Source: Octopus sinensis (taxonomy: Eukaryota). From it: 64,000 nt of DNA. The notes beneath the pieces are model-generated. The model did no database searches. It saw only the letters and a list, made by a program, of their open reading frames with translations, and was not told where the DNA came from. Below are positions 1 through 11,656 of this stretch, piece after piece. Made by a program: the position numbers and the translations under genes. Every line of letters starts with the position of its first letter. The first letter of the stretch is position 1. The stretch covers positions 153,698,001-153,762,000 of the forward strand of contig NC_042997.1 of assembly GCF_006345805.1 (NCBI RefSeq), read 5' to 3'.

Positions 1-67
1 TGGAGTTTCTTTTGTACGTATACAAGTGTTTCAGCTTTAGAAGAAGACTTGGGGCCGAGAGTGTATA

Positions 68-484
68 TCTATTTCTTTATTACCCACAAGGGGCTAAACA
101 TAGAGGGGACAAACAAGGACAGACATAGGTATTAAGTCAATTACATCGACCCCGGTGCGTAACTGGTACTTAATCTATCGATCCCAAAAGGATGAAAGGC
201 AAATTGACCTCGGCGGAATTTGAACTCAGAACGTAGAGGCAGACGAAGTACCTATTTCTTTACTACCCACAAGGAGCTAAACATAGAGGGGACAAACAAG
301 GACAGACATAGGTATTAAGTCGATTACATCGACCCCAGTGCGTAACTGGTACTTAATTTATCGACCCCGAAAGGATGAAAGGCAAAGTCGACCTCGGCGG
401 AATTTGAACTCACAACGTAACGGCAGACGAAATACGGCTACGCATTTCGCCCGGCGTGCTAACGATTCTGCCAGCTCGCCGCCT
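68..484 (-). repeat. tRNA-derived SINE family A (Nin/Deu-type core), dimeric form
   Basis: Head aggcggcgagctggcagaa...gagttcaaattcc, core gcctttcatcctttcggggtcgataaattaagtaccag; 3' part duplicated in tandem. Confidence 0.85.
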
Positions 485-1432
485 AAGCCGAGAGAGCATA
501 TCATTAGCTGATTCATTGAGTGACTGAACGATTAATCAAATAATCGATTGGTTAATTGGTTAAACTTTAACGAATTGACTTGTAATTTAAAAAAAATGAA
601 ATAGAACGAGTACATATGTTAATTATTGGCATAAGGGACCTCTCGAGATACCGTACAACCTGTTTCATCATATGAATTCCTATCAAGAATCTTACAAACT
701 AAATGCAAAAACAAATTTACTTGTAAGTACACTTTCTATAGTATAGCATTGCAGGGAGATTTTTTTTTCTTTTCAAGTCTGTTTTGTGCAACCCAAAAAT
801 CTTCAGCCTGTCACTGCTGAAATGCATGTTATAGATTCGCCATCACGGCCCTAGATATACGCCTTTCACCAGAACAGACCTTGACTTAAATAACACCAAC
901 ACCAACAACAATAGCGGCGTCTTTGAATCCCAGTTGTAATTGCTATCATTTTACAACGAAGCCACTTTTCTGATTTATTCTTTTACTTGTTTCAGTCATT
1001 TGACTTGGGCCATGCTTAATCACCAGCATTAGTCGAATAAATCGACCCCGGGACTTATTCTTTGTAAGCCTCTTCCGCAGAACCGCTAAGTTACGGAGAT
1101 GTAAACAAACCAAAATCGGTTGTCAAGCGATGTGAGGAGGGGACAGACACAGACACACACAAATATATATACACAACGGGTTTCTTTCATTTTCCGTCTG
1201 CTAAATCCACTCACAAGGCTTTGGTCGGCCCGTGGCTATAGTAGAAGACACTTGCCCAAAGTGCCACGCAGTGGGACAGAACCCAAAACCATGTGATTGA
1301 GAAGCAAGCTTCTTATCACACAGCCATGCTGCGCCTATTTGAAAGAAATATTTTATTCTTTAAATTCTGTTTGAATTTCTGATGGGATGGTACTTTTTGG
1401 TGGGTGGTTGTTTGTGAGACTATTTCACTTAG

Positions 1433-1479
<47 letters not shown>

Positions 1480-2068
1480 TCTTGTGTGCGGTTGTATTAA
1501 AACATCGCCTATACACAATTTTATTACAGCTCCTTTTCTATCTTCTTATTACTTAGCATTTGCACAAAAATATGGCAAATTTAGTCAGATCTAGCTGAAT
1601 CTTGGTTAGCATCAAAAATGGCTAGTGTTTCTTCTTTCACTTAATTCTCAGTGTTTTTTCTCTTTTTTTCTTTTTTTTTTTTTTTTTGAGGTGGGGAGAA
1701 ATTTCAGAGTGAAAAATAGCTTTCTATTTTTATTTTATTTTTAATATATTCTATACATAAGTATAAAAATATAAATTTTGAATTTCCTATTTTTTATATA
1801 TTTATAAAAATATATAAAATTATTTCAGAACTTGTGATAAACCTTGCAACGTTGGCTAAGCTGTGACAACTGTATAGCATTCTAGTATACGTTTTATTAT
1901 ATTTGTTCAAGCAGCTAAGTAAACCTTGTTTATGTGTGTCTAAATATATGTGTGTGTATGTATGTATGTGTACATATAACAACATAGGTACAGGAGCCAA
2001 CGAAGGAATATTTGTGTTGTTGTATGACTTACTAGCAGTAACTGCTAACACCCCCCCCCCCATAACAA

Positions 2069-2477
2069 AGGCAGTGAGCTGACAGATTCGTTAGCACGCC
2101 GGGCGAAATGCTTAACGGTATTTCGTCTGCCGTTACGTTGTGAGTTCAAATTCCGCCGAGGTCGACTTTGCCTTTCATCCTTTCGGGGTCGATAAATTAA
2201 GTACCAGTTACGCACTGAGGTCGATGTAATCGACTTAATACCTATGTCTGTCCTTGTTTGTCCCCTCTGTGTTTAGCCCCTTGTGGGTAATAAAGAAATA
2301 GGTATTTCGTCTGCCTCTACGTTCTGAGTTCAAATTCCGCCGTGGTCGATTTTGCCTTTAATCCTTTCGGGGTCGATAAATAAAGTACCAGTTACGCACT
2401 GGGGCCGATGTAATCAACTTAATCCCTTTGTCTGTCCTTGCTTGTCCCCTCTATGTTTAGCCAATAACAGAAATAAG
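2069..2477 (+). repeat. SINE family A, dimeric form
   Basis: Same structure and internal junction as 68-484, inverted. Confidence 0.85.
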
Positions 2478-3291
2478 TAACTGCTAAATCTCCCTCAAAT
2501 TTGAATCTACTGTCTTAAATAGAAAGGGACACCTTGCAAAATGTAGTCATTGATGTTCGAAAAGATAGCAACGTCCCTGCAGAAATGTCTTTCATCATAG
2601 GTCTACTCGATAATGATACGCCTTGAGTAAACAAGAACAACTGGCAAGCCTGTGGGTAAGATTCTGTGTGATTACTCGACAAGATATATTTACCTAGGGT
2701 GAAAGGAAAATGGTCACCGCTAGAATGCCTTCTACTAATGGTCTGCTTACTTAAGGCTGACCTCGATTAAACAAGATCAAATAAGACATAAAAATATATG
2801 TGTGTGTGTTATGGAAACAATTAATACTAAAAGACAGAAGACAACAAAAGGGACAAGTTTTTACAAATGATATAATAGTTTAATGCCTAAAAGGTAGTTT
2901 TGGACGCAGGTCCTTCCCCAGACGAAACATAGAAGAAACACAAAGGACAGCGGATGAGACAAAGGAACTGGAGGAAGAAAGCGGGCGAGGAGGTTAGAAA
3001 CCAAATGAGAATGCGGTTCTATGGGAGAGTTAAGAAGGGGAAAGGGCGATGGCGTGTGCAAATATATAGGAGTGTCGAAGCACTAAGATGGTCGTAGATG
3101 GGGGTCTGTGTACGTGGATTTTTTTAGGTTATGTGTGAAGACGTACGTGTGGGAATGTAGTGGCGTAGAATAGCCATGATGGAGTTGGTTGGCATGTAAG
3201 TCTACTCGTAGTGTGCAAGGAAAACGTGGATGTGTAGATGAGGCAGCGGGTGTGAGTGTGGCGTGAAACGGACGATAAGTGGAATGTAGAA

Positions 3292-3524
3292 AGCGGCGAG
3301 CTGGCAGAAACTTTAGCACGCCGGGCAAAATGCGTAGCCGTATTTCGTCTGCCGTTACGTTCTGAGTTCAAATTCCGCCGAGGTCGACTTTGCCTTTCAT
3401 CCTTTCGGGGGTCGATTAAATAAGTTCCAGATACGCACTGGGGTCGATACAATCGACTTAATCCGTTTGTCTGTCCTTGTTTGTCCCCTCTGTGTGTAGC
3501 CCCTTGTGGGCAGTAAAGAAATAA
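3292..3524 (+). repeat. SINE family A, monomer
   Basis: Full head, core and tail. Other copies at 33808-33956 (-, internally deleted), 53414-53612 (-) and 63860-63985 (-, partial). Confidence 0.85.
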
Positions 3525-3908
3525 GAAGGTCTGTGTGTACCCTTGAGATAATATCTAAGTTCAAATTTAATATATAAGCCCTTGATCAAAACATCTAATA
3601 ATGTCCATTAAGACTTAGGAGCTGCTGCTCCTAATTCAAGCTCAGCTTACAATAGCATATTCATTCTTTTAATGAAAACGAAATCAGTATTTCAAACCGT
3701 GTACAAACTTTTTAAATATATGATATATAAAAGGGAAATTTTAAAAACGACAGCATGTCAAGAGTATACAGTAATCCCTCGCCATATCGCTGTTCACCTA
3801 TCGCGGGTTTTTTTGGAATGTAACACTCGCGATAGTCGAGGGATTACAGTACTTTATATGTATGTGTGTGCGTATTTTGTATGCATTCATGTGTGTATAC
3901 ACACCTGT

Positions 3909-4250
<342 letters not shown>

Positions 4251-4381
4251 AGATTGAGTGAGCGAAAGATTAAAGAAAGACTGGAGGAAAAGAAAACTGA
4301 GTTTGGCGTGACAAACTGACAACGTTTCTGTAACTCATGCTAACATTCCCATTCTTCAGCTACTCTATCATAAAATTCCCT

Positions 4382-4423
<42 letters not shown>

Positions 4424-6355
4424 ATATATATATATATATATACACTTTCTTGACTCGGCATTATTTCACAGCAAAGTGTCTTTGGATCCAGGATGTTTTG
4501 ATGCATTATTTTGGGCCGCATTAGGATCTGCCCTGTCAAATAATTTGGTTAAAGATTCCTTGAGAAATGGCATCATTGCTTCAAGAGAAACAAACATGAT
4601 TCTTTGAGATATAAACGCACATGCAAATACACATCACACACACACACAACATATCTTCTACACTTGATAGTTTTCATAAACAATCCAATATTCCTGGTTG
4701 AGGCTAATGAAATTGGAAAGTCCATTAAAACAATGAATGCTCACTCAACTCCACTTATATACCCATAGTTGTATCTATGGTGCGAATGTGTCATTTCCAT
4801 CTGCTATTAATCAGATTCAAAACTAATTCCTCGAAGCCCCGTATGTCTTAATAAGGTAGGCGTGTAATCGTTAAGTATAACTACACATCCATGAACAATG
4901 GAATTAAAATCGTTAATAAAAGCTTGACATCTGTTTAAAATCATAAAGACTGAATAGCAGTGTTTGAAGACGTTAGGTTGAAGTTCATTATATATCCAAT
5001 TATTATGTAATTAAGTGGATGATACAATATTTAATGTGGTTGACTGAAAATAATTTTTAATCAACTGAAATTATGATTTTGAAAAATTCAATAGCTACCA
5101 GAGAATTACTCTCAAAAGTGGTAAGGGAAAAAATTCATGAAATTCAGTTCATCAAAATATAGAGATATGCAAGCGTGTTATGATATATCTGATCTGTGGT
5201 CGCTATAGTTACAACTGCGAACATGTTTCTCTCTTATTACATCTCCATGATTAAGCAAAGTCAACACAAAAATGCCAAACCCGAAAAATGTTAAGGGAAA
5301 CTACCAAACCCGAAAGTGGCAAGGGAAAAAATTCATGTAATTCCCATTTATCAAAACTTAGAGATATGCAAACGTTTGATGATGTGTCTGATCTATGGTC
5401 GCTATAGTTACAACTGTGAGCGGGTTTCGCTTTTATCAGGTATAACCCATAGCTATATATAGGACAAATCAGACTCACTCATCGTCACTACAACTCTGTT
5501 TAATTTTTGTCTAATTGTAATGTAAAGGTTAACTCCCTTGCCCCTATTGGGATTAGTTTTCATTACTGCTCGTGGCTTTCTTTTATTTTTCAGTTATAAT
5601 TTTACTTGATTAATAAGTAATTTCAGGTCAGTACATTAAATATAGTAGCCTACATTTAAGTATATATTCTTTGTGCAGAAGGCATTGTTGGGAAATTTTC
5701 CAGTGATACGATGCAGTACTTAAAAGACAGCTTCGACTAATCTTATACTTCTATGTCAATCCTTCCGTTTAATATAGATGCTATCATTGTCACAGTTGAT
5801 GTAAAAATTACCAATAGTTTTCAATTCTTGTGCTCACAGTACCAAGCGTTTCGACAACAGCTGGGACCAGCTCAACCTCTTCCATTGCACACAAATGTTT
5901 AATCTCCTATGCCAGTAATTCTTATCTTTCAGTTTTCTTCAATTCTTTGTCACAAACCACATTGTCAGCTGGACAGGCAACATCTTGAATCAAACTCTAT
6001 TTATTGACATGGTTAATCACCACTATATCTGGTTTGCAGTGTTCAATTTCATATTCACATTATAGCATAAATTCCCATAAAATCATGGCGGAATCATTTT
6101 CTGTGATTCCTTCAGGCTTGTGCACATACCACAGGCTAATACTATATTTTCCACCTAATCCCATGTCCCCAGCCAGTGCCCAAAGTTTGTATTCTTTCTG
6201 TTAAACTTTGGGCACTGGCTGGGGACATGCCATATAGTTTCTCTTTTTTCTCGCATATCCTACACTTTTCTGTTATACTTGAGCTGTCAATCTTGTGCTT
6301 AACAAAATTTGTTCCCGGGGCTTGCTCTTGTGCTGTACAAATTAAAGCTTCTGGT

Positions 6356-6402
<47 letters not shown>

Positions 6403-6405
6403 ATG

Positions 6406-6441
<36 letters not shown>

Positions 6442-6444
6442 TCC

Positions 6445-6487
<43 letters not shown>
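6356..6487. repeat. (TAG)n/(TTA)n microsatellite
   Basis: Directly visible; abuts the 3' end of the R4/Dong-like element. Confidence 0.95.
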
Positions 6488-6488
<1 letters not shown>

Positions 6489-6490
6489 CA

Positions 6491-8200
6491 CAACAGATTA
6501 GATTGTTGGAAAAGAAAAGAATCCTAACATCGAGCCACAAGAAGTTGCCTTAGATGCCAAAAACCCTCCTATCGGATTACAGTAACCTTAGATGCCAAGA
6601 ACTCTCCTAAGTATCCTAGCTGTCCCTAATAACATTGTTTTCTGCTGCTGTACTAAACTAGATTTTATGTCTATTTCCTCTGTCCATCTGTTCAAATCTT
6701 TAGGGATAGTTCCCAATGCACCTATAAATATTGGGATACATTTTACACGCACTTTCCATAGTGTCTGTAATTCAATAATTAAGTCCTGATACTTTGCCAT
6801 TTTTTCTATACTTCTGATATTAATTTTTTCGTCATTTAGGACTGTAAAGTCAATTATCTATTCTCTTTATCTACTACTACTACTACTACTACTACAATTG
6901 ATCAGGCTTTCTAGCTTCTATTACTCTGTCAGTCTGAAAATGAAAGTCCCACAACATCTTGTACTTCTTACTTTCTAGTACTTTACTAGGTTCATGTTCA
7001 TACCATTTATCAGTATGTTCAAATCCTAGCTCTGTCAAGACCATACTTGTTGCAAAGCGTCCAATGAACAATCCTTGCTATATTGTCGTGGCGTCTCTTA
7101 TATTCCTTCTGGGCTAGTGGCGTACATTGGCTGGTAATATGCCATACGGTTTCACCATTTTGTCCACAGATTCTGCACTTACCACTTTTTGATGTGTTGT
7201 CTACTCTATATTTTATGTAGTTTGTTCTTAGTGCTTGCTCTTGGGCAGCACAGCTTAGAGCCTCCGTTTCCGGTTTTAAATTACTTTTAGTCATCCACAA
7301 CCATCTTTTTTCTCTGTCTGTCTTATCTTCAACATCCCATGCATTCTTTTCTTTACCCACCTATTTTCAGTTTCATTCGTTTTCAATTTTGGTATAGTGC
7401 TTTATTTTTGCAATCTTTCATCCTACACAAGCCTTTCCTTCTTACTTGCGGTTCTGTGGCATTCTTTACATACCATGCTATACTGTTTTTTTTTTCTGCT
7501 TGGGCTTCATCTTTACCATAAAGTTTGAGGTCATCCATGAATAATAAATGGTTGACTTCTTGTTGGCGGCTTTTGAATACATACCCAGCTTTTGCTTTCC
7601 TCAGAATCAGTGTCATTGGTATCAAGCACAGTACAAAGATCGGTGGGGACAGGCAGTCCCCTTGGAATATGTCCCTCCTAATTTTTACTGTCTTTAAACC
7701 TCTTCCGTATGCTGTCAAGTCCGTCCTCCAATTTGCCATACTTTTTCCAAGCAATCGCTCAACATTCGATGCAATCCCATACAGATTCATACACTCCATA
7801 ATCCAAGAATGAGGGATCATATCGTACGCCTTACGATAGTCGATCCATGACATAGCTAAGTTACTTTTGCTCCTCTTGCAGTCTCTGAGTATCAGGAGTT
7901 GTTCCTTGGTACCTCTGCACTTACGCTTGCAACCCTCCTGCTCATGTGGCAGGACTCCATTTTTTTCTAGATGTTCGTACATTGACTCTGCGAGTATTCC
8001 TGTCAATAACTTCCACATAAGTGGCAAACTGGATATCGGCCTGTAATTGTCTACCGTATTGCCTTTTTCGATGTTTTTCAAGCGCAGCACTGTCCTACCC
8101 AATGTTTTTGGTGAATAGATCATATTCTACAGGTCTATAAATAGATTCGGCAGATGGTGGAGAGGTCAGCCATAGAGACAAAAGGATCTTTGCACCTCTT
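6491..8200 (-). mobile_element. R4/Dong-like non-LTR retrotransposon (RT, CCHC knuckle, RLE remnant), degenerate
   Basis: RT: [53 protein letters not shown]. Knuckle CRICGQNGETVWHITSQC. C-terminus KYQDL...IPIFIGALG. (TAA)n tail at 6448-6487. Confidence 0.88.
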
Positions 8201-8340
8201 CGGTTCAGCAGAGGTCAAATGTGTTTACTATCACCAGTGGCCGCTGACAGCGCTACCTTGAAAAGAAGCAATTCAACCTGTTCTGGTCCATCGTTCTTTG
8301 GTTGGTTTTGTTATGGTTTCGTTTTTACAGTATTTACTTT

Positions 8341-8341
8341 T

Positions 8342-8379
<38 letters not shown>

Positions 8380-8390
8380 TATCATCATCA

Positions 8391-8437
<47 letters not shown>
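8341..8437. repeat. (ATC)n/(ATT)n microsatellite
   Basis: Directly visible. Confidence 0.95.
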
Positions 8438-8974
8438 GAATGTTACCACTCAGTCTCAAAATATTTTCTTTACACCGCTCTGACCTTGCCATATAACTAT
8501 TAAACTATTGTTTTGAAAGAGTTCGTTCCTATTTACTTGGTGCTATGTATTGCCAATTGGAAATGCTTAGCAACACGTAAATAAAGAACGAACTCTTTCT
8601 AAAAGATAGTTTAATACTTATATGACAAGATTATAGAGGTGTAACAAAATGTGGAATTTCAACAACAATGCCAATAATTGTAATCTTAAAAATTGAAGAC
8701 GCAGTGATTGTGTTTAAAATATAATCGAAAAGAAATAATTGAAATGCATTATAGTCTACTCACAGTACGTGAGATTCGAAAAATGTGTGATATATTCTTT
8801 TTTTATCGAAACTGTTTTTGCCTGAAGGTCGCAGTTGCATGAATCTTCAATCATAAAACACAATCTCAGTTTCATTTTTAATTAAAGCAAAAAAAAAACC
8901 CAGACAAACTGTATCTTCTACAAAATGTATTGAGCACTCTTCTCTCATTCGTGCGACATAAACCAGCGTACCTG

Positions 8975-9005
<31 letters not shown>

Positions 9006-10139
9006 TGTGTGTTGAGTCTATGTATCTTGAGACAATCACTTTTTTTTTCGAATTGTGCTGCTCTATAGTGAAGTCAACGAACAGATTAATGTTTACAGAG
9101 GATAAAAGTTGTTTGTTATTGCTTTTGGTTTGCTAGTTTGACTGATTTATTTTGTTGTTTCGTTATCATGTTGGGATTCTTTTAATTGGATTCACTTGTT
9201 GTTCAGACTCTTGCCATCCGGCAGGCAATTGATCAAAGATGTTCTAGTTGTTCTTATCCAATCGTTCCGCATATCTACGACTACACTGTCCAATGTGTCC
9301 TTCTTTTTAAAAAACGTTTCATGGTGTATTTGAAAGCTATTTAGCTGCTATTTCTTGCAGGATGAGCGTCCACGTCGATACTCTGTCTTCAGTTTCCAGG
9401 TTAGATGACGCTTTTGTTAATGGAATAATGTCTTTGGAATATACCTCGAGTGATTCGGTATTGATACACGATTAGTCACTGCACAAATAACATTGGAATT
9501 AGTATGGTGGCAATAACTCGCCTTTTCTGTCCTCTTCTGACTGAGAATTTTTAATTAATTTCTTTGATAAGCAAATCAAATCTGAGTTGACAAGAAACTT
9601 TATGAGTCAATGATAGATGAAATAGTATTTGTTATACATTGAACATTAGTGACGGATTAGCAGAATCATTAAAACTTCGGCAGGTGAGTGGGGAGAGATC
9701 ATCGTCATCATCCGGTGATACTGCTTGTACGGATTCCTGTGACTCTCCATCGCCACCCAATTCTATTATTTATATTTGAATTAGGAGCTTCACTTATAAT
9801 GCAGTTACTCCCTTGATGGAGCTTTGTGATCTTGACCAATTGATCTAGGATTTTTCCGCTGAGCACCAATGTAAAAAGTGTCGTTGACTCAGTTGACCTC
9901 CGCTGCCTTTTCCCCATCTGCCAATCTACAGTCCCATGACTTTGCCATATTCTTGGTAGGATAGCTGAACGGATGCCATGCCTTGTCAAAGAACAGCCCG
10001 TAACTACGTAAGGCACGGTAGTCACTCCGTGGGGTATTTTCAAAATGCCTTCATACCCAAGGGGAAGAGACGTCCTTACAAACTGAGCTAAAATCCCACT
10101 GAGGACGACTTTGCCTTTCATTCCTATAGTCTTGAATCT

Positions 10140-10835
10140 AGTCTAAGTTGACTGGAAAGTTACCAATGGTGAATAAAATTAAGAGATCCAGGAATAGATT
10201 TGTTGACCGACAACAGTATTATAGAAGGCTTTGCTACAAAATTATTGGCACAATAGTTGACCAACTAAAAGCAAGATGTTCCTCCTTAGAAGAGCTTAAA
10301 TTCATGGAAGCTTTCATGACAATTCGTTTACAGAGTGAACTAAATGTTATATATTCAATGGAAGACTTTTAAAAATAAAGTGTATGTAATTTAATGCATT
10401 ATATTTACATCAATGACCTTATCAAAGCTATGCCACAACTCATCAATTTGATTTTGACATTTCCTTCCACTACTACCTTTGTATTGAAGAGAATTAAAAC
10501 TTACTAAAGAACTACAACCGGGGCAAAGAGACTTTCAGGTTTAGCTCTTATGTAAATTGAAAAACATTTACTCCAACAACAATTAAAGCAGGTGTTTTGA
10601 TGAGAATTTAATAAATATAGAGTGGTTGTATACTGTCAACTTAACGTGACTGTCGCGTTAAGTTGACAGTATACAGCCACTCTATCGCTCCACCACCGCA
10701 CATATCTCTATGAGATATTTAGAAATTTAATATTAATAAATATATTTTTGCCGCTAAAAGTTACGGCTGAAAATAGATTTTTACCGCTATCCGCGGGTGC
10801 CTCGGGAAAAAAATAAGTTGACAATACCCAGATAG
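10140..10835 (+). mobile_element. hAT transposase C-terminal (dimerisation domain) remnant
   Basis: 10487-10565 reads, across stops, LKRIKTY*RTTTGAKRLSGLALM*IEK (hATC consensus LKRIKTYLRSTM.Q.RLS.LALMSIE). Confidence 0.65.
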
Positions 10836-11656
10836 GATGTTGACGAATGTCCTAAAATTTGAGCGACATGCGTGCTAATTTGTGGATGTGCATAAACTAC
10901 AATCACGTACACACACACACACACACGCACACACATCTTGCTGTATATATACACAGATATATATAAATATATATGTACTATTGCGTGACACCTTGGGCAA
11001 GTGTCTTCTGCTATAGACTCGGGCCGACCAAAGACTTGTGAGTATATCTGGTTGACGTAAACCGTAAGAAGCCCGTCTTATATATGTATATATATAATTA
11101 TAGTATATTCTGTTAAGAACGTAGTAGAATACAGTATAAAGCTCACTCGTTCACTTTCACATTTAAACTGTGCTTTCCAGTAGTATATGTATTTCCAGGT
11201 TTGCGTTTGGGAATCTGTCGTGTGTGAATAGATAATTGAAAAAATTGGAGTCAACAAGAAGGGTACGGTTGGACATTTATTTTTTAATCACTACAATTGT
11301 TTGCACGCAACGTAGTTCTCCAGATGTGCAGGTACTTAATTAAGAAACTATTTCCCTGCATTATGAGGTCTAGTTGTGTTTCCTCAGGTGATATGTAAAT
11401 ATTGTCTCTGTAAATTTAAAATCCTCGGCTTCAAGAACATTCTATCTCTCTGTCGTGGCCTTAATTTAGTAGTAGTCACAAAGCCTATCAGGGTATGTTG
11501 TTGGTGAAGGGCCGTTGGCAAACTGCTTTGAATGCGTAAATGTAGTGGGATGGTGATTCTCATACTCTTAAAGTGGTTGCCGCTTTAAAGAGATTGGTAT
11601 TTTATTTCTTTGTACTGTTGATTTGTTCTTCATGGTTGGTTACACATGATTCTCCT

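Noticed and set aside
9708-10121. 137-aa minus-strand ORF
   Set aside because: No convincing motif; probably a decayed LINE fragment that I cannot assign.
11140-11656. Sequence at the distal duplication breakpoint with weak Penelope-like and hammerhead-like traces (CUGGAGA...GCAAACAAUUGUA)
   Set aside because: Core positions are mutated and the protein similarity is ambiguous; not supportable.
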